DNA of 64,000 bases from NCBI GenBank assembly GCA_036517255.1, contig DATDXE010000015.1, positions 14,568 to 78,567 on the forward strand, given 5' to 3'. The notes beneath the pieces were generated by a model, which was not told where the DNA came from, did no database searches, and worked only from the letters and a program-made list of their open reading frames with translations. The stretch is from Minisyncoccota bacterium. Its GTDB lineage: Bacteria > Patescibacteriota > Minisyncoccia > Phycocordibacterales > WO2-35-19. The position numbers and the translations under genes were made by a program. Of the stretch, positions 9,271-19,047 are shown piece after piece; within the stretch, counting starts at the first letter, position 1; each line of letters starts with the position of its first letter.

Positions 9271-11184
9271 ATGTGTGGCATTGCTGGATATATTGGAAAT
9301 GGAGGCAATAAAGACAAACTAAAGGCAATGGCCAAAGCGTTAGAGAGGCGTGGGCCAGATGATGAGGGGTTTTATGAGACAAGTAGTGAAGGAAAAAAGG
9401 TAGGCTTCGCTTTCAGACGACTTTCTATAATAGATGTAGCAGGAGGTCACCAGCCTATTTCAAACGAAAATGGTGATGTGTGGGTGATGTTAAATGGTGA
9501 AATTTATGACTTCAAGCCTCTGCGAGAAAAACTATTAAATTTGGGGCACCAATTTAAAACTCAATCAGACACAGAAGTTATCGTTCACGCTTACGAAGAG
9601 TGGAGTGAAGAATGTTTTAAAAAATTGGACGGGATGTTCGCCATCGCTATTTGGGACTCGAAAAAGCAAAAGTTGACTCTAGCTCGCGATAGGCTTGGTA
9701 AAAAACCTCTTTATTACACTATTCAAAAAAATACCGGGGAAAGTACAATGTGGTTTGCTTCTGAACTAAAAGCCCTGATTGCGGTGGGTGCTTTCAAAAA
9801 AGAAATTGATCCTGAGTCTTTGAATTTATATTTCAGGACTGAAGCCGTGCCGACCCCTAAAACCATCTTTAAAGAAGTTTATAAATTAGAGCCAGCCACC
9901 TCTCTTTCTTTTGTTGATGGGAAAATAACGAAAAATAAATTCTGGAACTACCCGACAGAAACCATAGAAAACTTAGGCGCAGAAAATGTAGTAGAAGAAT
10001 TAGGAAAAAGGATAGATGAAAGTGTAAGAAAAAGATTGGTTTCTGACGTACCTCTAGGGCTTTTCCTTTCAGGAGGGCTTGATTCAGCGATAGTGGCAGA
10101 AAGCGCAAGTAGACAACACCCAGGGCTAGAAGCTTTCACCCTAGGATTTGAAGACAAAACTTATGACGAAACAGAGAATGCCAAAATAATAGCAAAAACT
10201 TTGGGTCTCAAACATCATATTGAGATTCTTTCAGAAGAAAAAGCTCTGGCCGTTTTAGAAGACGCAATAAATTTACTTGATGAGCCACTCGCTGACCCAT
10301 CTATTTTACCCCAACTTCTACTTTCAAAATTTACTAGAGAAAATGTGACTGTCGCTCTCTCTGGAGATGGAGGCGACGAACTACTCCTCGGTTACCAACA
10401 CATCCCCGCTCATATATGGAGAGAGAGATTGGATTTTCTGCCAGGAGCTTTTTGGAATATGAGTAAGAAAATTTTAAACACAGTGCCATCGGGAAGTGGC
10501 TATTTTAGTTTGGGGTTCAAAACTCAAAGACTTGCTCGCGGGCTTGATTTGGAAAACCGTCTTGAAAGAGATGCGACATGGCGAGGCGCATTTGATCAAG
10601 AAACTTTACAAAAGTTACTAAAGATGACCTTTGGGCTACCGCACCAAGGGTCATCTTTAGTAACTAACGAAGCTGAAAATATTTTAAAAGCTTACGCATC
10701 TGAAACTTCAAATCCTGAGAGTTGGTCAGCATGGAGCTGGGCATATTTAAGAACATTCCTCATGGACGACGTATTGGTGAAAGTAGATAGAGCAACCATG
10801 TGGCACTCTCTCGAAGCCCGCGCCCCACTCTTGGATACGAATGTTGTATCTTTTCTTTTGAGTTTACCCGATGAATACAAATTAGGAAAATACAGAGACA
10901 AAAGATTATTTAAAGAAATACTAAAGAAAAGATTGCCTGAATCTATTTTGAACGCCTCCAAACATGGCTTCGGTGTCCCTATTTCTAAATGGCTAAATGG
11001 GGTTCTAAAAAATAAATTGCTAGAAGTTTCTGACCCAGAATTTCTAAAAAAACAAAATTTATTTGATTCTTCAGCAATAGCAAAATTAATAAAAGAGCAT
11101 GCCGCAGGTGGTAAAGATCGCCGCAAAGAACTTTGGGCCTTTTTATGTTTCCAAATGTGGTACATTAGATGGCACATAAAATAA
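9271..11184 (+). CDS. asnB: Asparagine synthase (glutamine-hydrolysing) family amidotransferase
   Basis: MCGIAGYIG N-terminal Cys nucleophile; SGGLDSA PP-loop; 637 aa. Confidence 0.75.
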   Translation: MCGIAGYIGNGGNKDKLKAMAKALERRGPDDEGFYETSSEGKKVGFAFRRLSIIDVAGGHQPISNENGDVWVMLNGEIYDFKPLREKLLNLGHQFKTQSDTEVIVHAYEEWSEECFKKLDGMFAIAIWDSKKQKLTLARDRLGKKPLYYTIQKNTGESTMWFASELKALIAVGAFKKEIDPESLNLYFRTEAVPTPKTIFKEVYKLEPATSLSFVDGKITKNKFWNYPTETIENLGAENVVEELGKRIDESVRKRLVSDVPLGLFLSGGLDSAIVAESASRQHPGLEAFTLGFEDKTYDETENAKIIAKTLGLKHHIEILSEEKALAVLEDAINLLDEPLADPSILPQLLLSKFTRENVTVALSGDGGDELLLGYQHIPAHIWRERLDFLPGAFWNMSKKILNTVPSGSGYFSLGFKTQRLARGLDLENRLERDATWRGAFDQETLQKLLKMTFGLPHQGSSLVTNEAENILKAYASETSNPESWSAWSWAYLRTFLMDDVLVKVDRATMWHSLEARAPLLDTNVVSFLLSLPDEYKLGKYRDKRLFKEILKKRLPESILNASKHGFGVPISKWLNGVLKNKLLEVSDPEFLKKQNLFDSSAIAKLIKEHAAGGKDRRKELWAFLCFQMWYIRWHIK

Positions 11185-11195
11185 AAAGATAAAAA

Positions 11196-12530
11196 ATGAG
11201 GTACAAAACATTCCTAATACCAGCTTTCATTGCCTTCCTCCTCGCCAGCTTTTATATAGTAAAAAGTCCTGGAGTAATAGAAAGTGACGCCAAAGAGTAC
11301 GATGATTTGGCCATTTCCATTTTAGATGGCAAATTTGAACTAGCTGGCGAGGTCAGTATGGAAAGAGAACCGGCCTACCCCCTTTTCCGCGCTATCCTAA
11401 AAATTATAAAAGATAGTCCAGGTTTTATACTCTGGGTCCAAGCTATCATATATTTCTTCAGCATCTTTTTAATCGGCCTGACTATGAGCAAAATTGATCC
11501 TGAAAAGGGACACTTCGCTGCCTGGGGAGCAGCTCTCGCTTACGGACTAGCCTTCTACCCTTCGGTTCACATTTCTGAAACATTAGTCGCTTTCCTCCTC
11601 GCGCTCATAGGTTATAACCTTATGGAGGGGATAGAAAAACATTCTTGGGTCTATTTCGTAAATATAGCTATATTTTCTTCTTTCTTACTCCTCACTCGTT
11701 ACACATATATCCTAGTGCCTATCGCAGCATTTTTTATTTTATTGAAATACACCAAAGAGAAACTAAAAGTTTATATGGGTTTTCTGATAATTTTATGCCT
11801 TGTTACTCCTTGGGTGGTGAGAAATTATAAACAGTTTGGTGAATTTAATATGGCCGGTCGCTCTGGCGGCATACTTTATGCAAGAGCTTTGAGAGCTGAC
11901 GCTTCCTGGCGAAGCTTAGGCGATAGTTACCTCTCTGCTTTAGTAGGTCGGGGTATATTATTTACAATCTATCCGAATAATCAATCCATCTGGCTTGAAC
12001 AGTGGGGAGATTGGTGGAGAGACAAAGAAACCATAAGAGAAATGTGGGGTGAAGGCCGTATTGAAATAGATAGGAATAGAAAAGAGGCCGCTTTCGATAT
12101 TATTTTTAAAGATTTTAATACTTTTGCAAAGTTTGTAGCTTGGACTGGAGTCGACGAATTACGCTTGCTCCAATTACCAAACCCCATCTTTCAAGCAGGA
12201 GGTTCACCTATCGAAGGTACTTATGGGGTCGAGGCTCAAAATACCAACCTCTCTGGTTTAAAATTGGGAGCTCTCGGTATCACTCATCTAATCCAATTAA
12301 TTTGGTTTATAGTCGTTATATTTAGTACATGGATTGGATTTAAAAAATACGGACTGAAATTCCTACCAGGAATTTTCCTGATTTGTGTACTCCTACCTCA
12401 CAGTATCGCCGACAATATCGCTAGGTACGGAGCTCCATTGCAACCATGGCTCCTTTCTGGTATTTTTATGACGCTTTTATACCCACTAAAAACACATGTC
12501 TTTAAGCGTCATAATACCAGCCTTCAATGA
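11196..12530 (+). CDS. Polytopic membrane protein, GT-C-like (ArnT/PMT-type) glycosyltransferase candidate
   Basis: Ten or more predicted TM helices. An acidic motif (ESDAKEYDD) sits in the first extracytoplasmic loop. It is adjacent to a polyprenyl-P sugar synthase gene. Confidence 0.4.
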   Translation: MRYKTFLIPAFIAFLLASFYIVKSPGVIESDAKEYDDLAISILDGKFELAGEVSMEREPAYPLFRAILKIIKDSPGFILWVQAIIYFFSIFLIGLTMSKIDPEKGHFAAWGAALAYGLAFYPSVHISETLVAFLLALIGYNLMEGIEKHSWVYFVNIAIFSSFLLLTRYTYILVPIAAFFILLKYTKEKLKVYMGFLIILCLVTPWVVRNYKQFGEFNMAGRSGGILYARALRADASWRSLGDSYLSALVGRGILFTIYPNNQSIWLEQWGDWWRDKETIREMWGEGRIEIDRNRKEAAFDIIFKDFNTFAKFVAWTGVDELRLLQLPNPIFQAGGSPIEGTYGVEAQNTNLSGLKLGALGITHLIQLIWFIVVIFSTWIGFKKYGLKFLPGIFLICVLLPHSIADNIARYGAPLQPWLLSGIFMTLLYPLKTHVFKRHNTSLQ

Positions 12531-13365
12531 AGAGAACGCTATCGCCGATACTATTAAGCGTATCCAAAATCTAGGAAGGAAAGAAAATAGAGAAATAGAA
12601 ATCATAGTGGTTAACGATGGTAGTAGCGACACAACAGCGGAAATCGCTAGAAGCTCTGGGGCTAAAGTGATAGATCACCCAGAAAATGGGGGCTATGGCC
12701 TCTCAATTCAACATGGCATAGAAGTTGCTTCTCACTCCCTCATAGGCATTACCGATGCAGATGGCACCTACCCAATAGAAGAATTCCCCAAGTTAATTCA
12801 AATGGTCGAGGTGCAAGGCTTCGATATGGCAGTAGGAGCAAGGACAGGGAGTGAACACAAAAAAGGGTTATTTAAATATCCGGCCAGGATAATGTTTCGC
12901 CTCCTTGCCGAATATGTTTCCGGTCGACGAATTCCAGATATAAATTCCGGGCTTCGAGTGATGAAGAAGGATAAACTTTTGATGCATTACGAAAGAACTT
13001 GTCTTGGTTTTTCCTTCACTACCTCTATCACCCTCATTTTTATGCTCAAGGGATATTTCGTGGGCTATACTCCGATTCCATATGCTAAAAGAGTAGGTAA
13101 CTCGAAAATCCGTCACTTCAGGGACACATTACGCACTGCTCAAATCATGATCTCTGTCATTGCACACCACAATCCCCTGAAACTTTTTTTGCTTCTCTCC
13201 ATGATGAGCACTCTATTTTCCTTGGTATGTTTTGCCATTGGCACCACAACCACATTTTATTTGTTTTCAGTGATCGGCTCTGTCCTCATCGGCGGCGTGC
13301 CCATCATCCTCGCCCTCGGCTGCCTTGCCGAACTCTTTCGCCTTAGTAGCGACAAAGGTATCTAA
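12496..13365 (+). CDS. GT2 polyprenyl-phosphate sugar synthase (DPM1/ArnC/GtrB-like) with C-terminal TM helices
   Basis: LSVIIPAFNEE...IIVVNDGSSDTT...ITDADGTYP; two C-terminal TM segments. Confidence 0.65.
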   Translation: MSLSVIIPAFNEENAIADTIKRIQNLGRKENREIEIIVVNDGSSDTTAEIARSSGAKVIDHPENGGYGLSIQHGIEVASHSLIGITDADGTYPIEEFPKLIQMVEVQGFDMAVGARTGSEHKKGLFKYPARIMFRLLAEYVSGRRIPDINSGLRVMKKDKLLMHYERTCLGFSFTTSITLIFMLKGYFVGYTPIPYAKRVGNSKIRHFRDTLRTAQIMISVIAHHNPLKLFLLLSMMSTLFSLVCFAIGTTTTFYLFSVIGSVLIGGVPIILALGCLAELFRLSSDKGI

Positions 13366-13370
13366 AAATT

Positions 13371-14369
13371 CTATTCTTTTTGATATTCAAAAGTAATTTT
13401 GGAAATATCACCAATAATTTTCTCCAGATTTTTAAAATCGGAACCTTTGGTCATGATACAAATAAAATAAGGTTTTTTGGGTAAATAAACTATGCCGCAA
13501 TCGTGCAATTCATGGTAATTCCATGCGCCATCTTTATAAAGACCACTCTCACCAAATTTGTGAGCTATCACTACATCTTCCGGCACCCCCTGCCTTAAAC
13601 CTTTATCGAAATTGGTGTAAGTGAGTAATTGAAGAGCTTGCTCCGAAATCGATCTAGGCAAATAGGTGCCATTGTATAAGACTCTAAATATACGGGAATA
13701 GAGTTTGGCAGACAAAAAATCTTCACCCAGTTTAGCCGTTTCAGGCAAACGCAAATGTTTATAGAAATCTAATATTTCATTCGAATGTCCTTTAACTAAA
13801 AGTGGAGCTATGACATTATCGGAATTTACTATCATTTGCTTGATAAGATCAGAAGCACTGTAAAGACCATCAGGAAAAGTTTTGGATTTATAAAACTGCC
13901 CAGGATAATCTTCCTGTTTATAATAGAATTTCTGATTTAAGATACTTGGATCGTCTTTGGCTAGTTTGAGATACACCACCATTATGGCCACTTTCAACAT
14001 ACTGGCGGGAGCATATAGTTCATCTTCGTTCACACCGGTCCACTTACTAGTATTCATGTCTCTAAAATAAAAAGATGTTTTCTCTGCCTCTCCCTTCTCC
14101 ATAGCCTCATCTATGTATTTAGAGACTTGGTTTTTCAGAGGATCAAGTTCTGGAAAATCTTCTTCAGCATTGTCTAGAAATAGAAAAGGATTTATATATT
14201 TATATTCTGTTGAATCCTCTCTTACCGGTATAGACGATGCTTCTCCGATAACCCCCCTCTGCTCTAAATAAATATTCCCGAACCAACCAAAAAGAACGAG
14301 TAAGCTACCGAGGAACATATTTTTATAATTTAATATCTGGTGCATTTTGGCAATCATAAATAAAAGCAT
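13371..14369 (-). CDS. Serine hydrolase, class A beta-lactamase / DD-peptidase-like, membrane anchored
   Basis: SxxK (SMLK) and SDN motifs; N-terminal TM helix. Confidence 0.45.
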   Translation of the reverse strand: MLLFMIAKMHQILNYKNMFLGSLLVLFGWFGNIYLEQRGVIGEASSIPVREDSTEYKYINPFLFLDNAEEDFPELDPLKNQVSKYIDEAMEKGEAEKTSFYFRDMNTSKWTGVNEDELYAPASMLKVAIMVVYLKLAKDDPSILNQKFYYKQEDYPGQFYKSKTFPDGLYSASDLIKQMIVNSDNVIAPLLVKGHSNEILDFYKHLRLPETAKLGEDFLSAKLYSRIFRVLYNGTYLPRSISEQALQLLTYTNFDKGLRQGVPEDVVIAHKFGESGLYKDGAWNYHELHDCGIVYLPKKPYFICIMTKGSDFKNLEKIIGDISKITFEYQKE

Positions 14370-16047
14370 TCATATAACGATCGCGAGCTTCATATATTTT
14401 TTTACACGAATCAAAATACTTTCGATAAATACTATTCGGATCGACAGGAGGAGCATCGATTTCGAGGTAGTGGCCGGAGAAATTATTGATAGTTTCTATT
14501 TTTTGATTCTGATCAAAAATTGGCGAAGTATAAAGGCGTTTTTGATATTTACCAGTTTGCATTATTTCCCTGCCACCATTGTCATTGTAAACGACCACTT
14601 TTTTTATATCAGAATTATTTTTAATAAATTCCGCTGCATCACGCACAAGAGCTGGAGCATATCCGTTTATTTTACCGAATGTATATTCTTCAATAAATAC
14701 AGCGTTATAAAATAGCCCTAGAATCAAGAAGGCAACCCAAATTTCTTTTTGCAAATTCTTCTTCCATAAATACAACCCCGTGAACACTGCCCCCAAAATC
14801 CAAGATAGGGCAATAAAAATAAAAGAAACATAGAAAGTAAGAGGCCCAGAGCCACCGCTAAATGGATACAGGAAATTCCAGTTGAAAGAAAGTATCCTGT
14901 CTATCCACTCTGCCTTAGGGTGCAATGCTGGGACATATTGGTCTAGAAATTGAGTAAGGAAAACGAAGAAAACACAAAGCAGAAAAATTATTTTGCTAGC
15001 GTGCCTTCGTAGGAGCGACGGCGACGAAGAGAGAAAATTTTCAGCAGAAAATACTCCAGCAATAATACAAAGTGGCACAATCATGAATTGGAAGTAACGA
15101 TCCAGAGCTCCAGCTGAAAAATCGAAAAGAATGAGATAGAAAATTAATCCAAGTGCTAAGAAGAGATGAAATAATTTTAAGTCTTTACTATACGGCGATC
15201 CCACTTCGCTAAAGCTTCGCGGGACAAGCAAGGAAATAAGAAAAGATAAAACTAAAAATGGAGACAGATAAAATAGAGCTTTCACAAACTGGATACCGCT
15301 TTGGAAGAAATTCCTGCTGCCGAAGCCTTTCATAAAAGTTTCAGAGTAAGCTATTATTTTTTGCAAATCGAAACCTGGGAAAAGTTTTTGGGCTACAAAC
15401 ATAAGTAAGGCAACTAAAACAGCAAAAGAGATTAACCCACTTAAAGCATATAAAATGTTTTTACGATTAAGTTTTTCTTTATGATTCCAAACAAAATCGA
15501 GAATTAAGGCTCCAATAACAAGAGCAAAACTAAACTTAACCAACATTCCTAAGATGAGAGCGGCCACGAGCAAGCCACCAAATAAAAACTTTTTATTGCC
15601 AGTAGAAGAACTAAAATAATCATAAAACAAAATAGAAAGAAGAAAGAAGAAAGGTAGCACTGCCCCATCAGTATCTATCATAAGCGAAGCTAGAACTGAG
15701 AAAAATGAAAGAGCAAAAAATAGAGAAGACCAAAGAGCCGCCCCTACCCCGTACCGACGACGCACAATAATATAAATTAAAGTCAGGTTAATAAGAGAGA
15801 ATATAAGTGGCGTAACTCTAAAATTCTCATCTCCAAAAAAGTTCCGAGTAGCCCTATAGATGGCTTCACTAAGTGGAGGGTGTGGAATAACCCCCGGTTC
15901 AGTCAGTTCCGGATTTACAATTATCGGCCACTTGTATTCATCTTGGTGATATGGAGCGTGGATAGCAGGTAACCTTAAAGCAAAAAACAAAATAATGATA
16001 CCGAAGAACAACAGATATTCCTTTTTATTAGAAACAAAAGCCTGCAT
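14323..16047 (-). CDS. GT-C family membrane glycosyltransferase (ArnT / PMT_2-like, GT39/83)
   Basis: 574 aa and heavily polytopic. First-loop DE motif (HQDEYKW) is typical of ArnT/PMT enzymes. Confidence 0.5.
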   Translation of the reverse strand: MQAFVSNKKEYLLFFGIIILFFALRLPAIHAPYHQDEYKWPIIVNPELTEPGVIPHPPLSEAIYRATRNFFGDENFRVTPLIFSLINLTLIYIIVRRRYGVGAALWSSLFFALSFFSVLASLMIDTDGAVLPFFFLLSILFYDYFSSSTGNKKFLFGGLLVAALILGMLVKFSFALVIGALILDFVWNHKEKLNRKNILYALSGLISFAVLVALLMFVAQKLFPGFDLQKIIAYSETFMKGFGSRNFFQSGIQFVKALFYLSPFLVLSFLISLLVPRSFSEVGSPYSKDLKLFHLFLALGLIFYLILFDFSAGALDRYFQFMIVPLCIIAGVFSAENFLSSSPSLLRRHASKIIFLLCVFFVFLTQFLDQYVPALHPKAEWIDRILSFNWNFLYPFSGGSGPLTFYVSFIFIALSWILGAVFTGLYLWKKNLQKEIWVAFLILGLFYNAVFIEEYTFGKINGYAPALVRDAAEFIKNNSDIKKVVVYNDNGGREIMQTGKYQKRLYTSPIFDQNQKIETINNFSGHYLEIDAPPVDPNSIYRKYFDSCKKIYEARDRYMNAFIYDCQNAPDIKL

Positions 16048-16099
16048 TTACAATCACATAATACCAAATCTGCCCTCCAAATGAAGTCTCTCCTCTCCC

Positions 16100-16128
16100 T
16101 TGCAAAATAAGCTGTATTATGCTATAAT
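16100..16128 (+). promoter_or_regulatory. Near-consensus sigma70 promoter (TTGCAA-17-TGcTATAAT)
   Basis: It shares the 13-mer TATGCTATAATAA with the promoter at 8834-8862. The SD AAGGAG lies at 16172-16177. Confidence 0.5.
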
Positions 16129-16188
16129 AATGACTAGATTCTTAAAAATTCGTCCCAATACTGGGACAATACACAAGGAGAAGTATCC

Positions 16189-16593
16189 ATGGAAAATAAA
16201 GACCCGTATATGAACCGGCTAAAGTTGATAGGACCCCGAAAGGTAAAGAGGGGGGACAGGCTCATCGTCCAGACGAGGGGGGGAGGTAGTTTCAGTGGTG
16301 AACGGATCATCACGCTCCTCAAGAACCAAGAGCGGCGAGTCTACCCTCGCATCGGAACAGTGATCAGCTTTGCTGGTCCTGTAGAAGTGATCGGCTCGCG
16401 CGGCAGTGCTGCCGGCGGGGCAAGATCGCCTGGCGGCGTCATCGATGAAAGAATCGCGCGTATCACTAGCCGACAGGTACCTGACAACCCTAAGGAGTCA
16501 GCCCCTTGCCTGGAATTTCTGGGAAGTGGGCTGACACTGTTTCTCCACTTCATCCATCCGGGACAAGTAGCCCGCGTGTTGAAGGCTTCCTAG
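16189..16593 (+). CDS. GC-rich small hypothetical protein (134 aa), Gly/Arg/Ser-rich
   Basis: The ORF spans exactly the GC-rich block. It has an SD, GC-rich wobble positions, and a hairpin terminator downstream. Confidence 0.45.
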   Translation: MENKDPYMNRLKLIGPRKVKRGDRLIVQTRGGGSFSGERIITLLKNQERRVYPRIGTVISFAGPVEVIGSRGSAAGGARSPGGVIDERIARITSRQVPDNPKESAPCLEFLGSGLTLFLHFIHPGQVARVLKAS

Positions 16594-16613
16594 AGCCTCG
16601 CAGTTCCCTCCCC

Positions 16614-16652
16614 GGCCGTGCACACTTCGTGGTGCACGGCCATTTGTTTTGG
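16614..16652 (+). terminator. Intrinsic terminator (10-bp GC palindrome GGCCGTGCAC/GTGCACGGCC plus T-tract)
   Basis: Seen directly in sequence. The loop contains CTTCG. Confidence 0.5.
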
Positions 16653-16667
16653 TATTTTAGATGAGGT

Positions 16668-17312
16668 TTATTTCTGACTTACAAACAGCATCTGCCCTGC
16701 AAAAGGTTTCCAAGGAGAATTTATATAGAATCGGACAATAAATTTAAGTAAGGAATTTGGAATGATGGAAGAATTGGAACGCATAGAGAAAGGCAAAAAA
16801 CACGGCATCTTAAGAATTATTTTCATATCATGAGAGAGTAAGAAGCTTTCCAAAGCGGCATCACTAAAAACTTTTTTATGAGTCGGATCGTCAAAATAAT
16901 TAGCGGGCTGCAAACGGTAATTTGGTTGCATCAAAATTAACTTGCCTCCATTTTTCAAAACCCTCTTCACTTCCCCCATCACTTTCCCTAACTCCTCATC
17001 TGTAAAATGCTCAAATAAGTTACTGGCATGCACTACATCAACCGAAGCCTCCGGAATCAAAGCTAGATCCCAAGCCGGTGCCTTGATCAAGGTAATACCT
17101 GGGGCAGCGTAATTTGAAAGCTCAGGCGAAGTATCAATCGCGTATTTTTTGCTGGCTTTTATATTATTTATAAAATCACAATAACCTGCGCCCAAATCAA
17201 CCACCGTCGCCTCTTCTGGAATGTATTCTGATTCAAACTTAGTAATTTCCTTCCAAACAATGGAACGCCTGGCATCGAAAGTGTACCTGGATTCATAATA
17301 TTTATCTGTCAT
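16668..17312 (-). CDS. Class I SAM-dependent methyltransferase
   Basis: VVDLGAGYCDF motif I. Confidence 0.5.
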   Translation of the reverse strand: MTDKYYESRYTFDARRSIVWKEITKFESEYIPEEATVVDLGAGYCDFINNIKASKKYAIDTSPELSNYAAPGITLIKAPAWDLALIPEASVDVVHASNLFEHFTDEELGKVMGEVKRVLKNGGKLILMQPNYRLQPANYFDDPTHKKVFSDAALESFLLSHDMKIILKMPCFLPFSMRSNSSIIPNSLLKFIVRFYINSPWKPFAGQMLFVSQK

Positions 17313-17314
17313 GT

Positions 17315-18028
17315 TTATATTTTTTTAAAGAAGTATCTGATAATAACAGGAATCATCTTTATTCCCAATTTAGCCGCTTTCCATACACTCCCAGTATAAG
17401 TAGAACGGCCTATTCTTTCTTTATATATAATGGGTACTTCAATTACTTTGAGGTTGCGGCGCAAAATCCATATCATAAGCTCGGGAGAAAAAGTGCCGTC
17501 CCCTTTTGATAAAGGGAACAGGTCTTTTATTTTTTCCAAAGCTCCCCTATTTAGCAATTTATAAGTACAGCCAACATCGGTTAGTACTGGGCCATTGAAA
17601 AGAACTTCAATAAATTTAGCCCAGAGCCAGTTGGCGAAGCGTACCGGGAAAGGCATGAAGGCTCCCGACCAAATGGCAGCGCGCGAAGTACGAGTGCCGA
17701 AAACAACATCGAATTCATCGCTATAGGCTAGCAATTTTTCTATATCCTTCGGCTGGAAAGTGCCATCAACCTCAGTCAAAACGATAAGATCCCCTGTTGC
17801 CTCTTGCATTGCTCGCATATAAGCATGGCCATAACCCTGCTTAGACTCACGTATTTGGACGGCTTTGGTTTTAGCAATTTCTTCCTCAGTATTACCAAGG
17901 GCATTGTTATTCACAGCAATAACTTCATCCACTATGCTAGTAGCAAAATATTGATCAATAATGGCGCGAATACTCTCCGCTTCATTATAAGTACCAAAAG
18001 CCACACTTACTTTTTTGCCTTTATACAT
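17315..18028 (-). CDS. Glycosyltransferase family 2 (DPM1-like)
   Basis: VSVAFGTYNEAESI...; DGT (EVDGTF) motif. Confidence 0.6.
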   Translation of the reverse strand: MYKGKKVSVAFGTYNEAESIRAIIDQYFATSIVDEVIAVNNNALGNTEEEIAKTKAVQIRESKQGYGHAYMRAMQEATGDLIVLTEVDGTFQPKDIEKLLAYSDEFDVVFGTRTSRAAIWSGAFMPFPVRFANWLWAKFIEVLFNGPVLTDVGCTYKLLNRGALEKIKDLFPLSKGDGTFSPELMIWILRRNLKVIEVPIIYKERIGRSTYTGSVWKAAKLGIKMIPVIIRYFFKKI

Positions 18029-19047
18029 GTTTCTAGTTTCCCTATTAAAGCATTTAAACTGTGATTTTGGAATACATAATCTCTCAATTTTTGAGAAACT
18101 TCTCTCTTCATATTTTCATCAGCTTTGAGCCAGAATTCTATTTTTTCTGCTATTTTATTTGGTTCTAACTCTATTATTAAATCTTTGAATGCCTCAGCGC
18201 CAGATAAAGAAGTGTTAACAATAATGGGTAATGAGCCACAAGCTGCGGCTTCTAAAATGGTTTTGTCGAACGAGCCAGAAGGGGTAAGATTTAAGAAAAT
18301 CTCATATTTAGAATAAATTTCGGGAGTCTCATAATTTGGAACACTTGGATAAAAATTGACCAGTCCGTCTCCTGTTAAATCCTTGTTCTCCTCTACTAAT
18401 TTTTTCTTATAATCCACATCTCCCAGATTAGCTGGGTCACCCACGATATCCAAGACAAAATTTACCCCCCTCTCTCTCAAAATCCTAGCAGCTGCAATAA
18501 TTATATGTAAATTTTTAACCAGCGAAATCCTTCCGAGAGATAAGATCGAATTTTTTCTTCTTTCCATCTTTCCATCTTTAAATAAATCAGTATCAATCCC
18601 CACCGGCATCAGAACAGTCTTCTTAAATTTAGCAGTATAAGAATCTCTAGAAGTACAGAATACTTTTTCTGAAAGTAAAACTGCAATACGAGTGAGCAAA
18701 TTACCTTTTTTATGGTTTCTCCAAAGATATATTTTTTTACTCAAAATTTTCCAAAACAATCCACCAAGCAAAATATATTCCTGATTCATATGGACGAAAA
18801 CAGAAGAATAATTTAAAGAAAAGAAGCAAAGATGGAAAAATTTAAAAATGTATTTAAGTTTGTTTCCACCATGTTCTTTGCCAAGAGAGTAAACTTGGAC
18901 GTTAGAAGGTAAGTCATAAACACCCTTCTGTAAACAGATTACGGATACAGATTCAAATTTCTCTGCGAACTTGGCGAGCCAACCATGAAAAAAACCAAGC
19001 ACAGGATCGTCCCTATCGACTTTTTGAGTAATTATAAGTAGCTTCAT
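18007..19047 (-). CDS. Glycosyltransferase family 4
   Basis: C-terminal GT-B Glycos_transf_1 pattern (ILEAAACGSLPIIVN). Confidence 0.55.
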   Translation of the reverse strand: MKLLIITQKVDRDDPVLGFFHGWLAKFAEKFESVSVICLQKGVYDLPSNVQVYSLGKEHGGNKLKYIFKFFHLCFFSLNYSSVFVHMNQEYILLGGLFWKILSKKIYLWRNHKKGNLLTRIAVLLSEKVFCTSRDSYTAKFKKTVLMPVGIDTDLFKDGKMERRKNSILSLGRISLVKNLHIIIAAARILRERGVNFVLDIVGDPANLGDVDYKKKLVEENKDLTGDGLVNFYPSVPNYETPEIYSKYEIFLNLTPSGSFDKTILEAAACGSLPIIVNTSLSGAEAFKDLIIELEPNKIAEKIEFWLKADENMKREVSQKLRDYVFQNHSLNALIGKLETCIKAKK

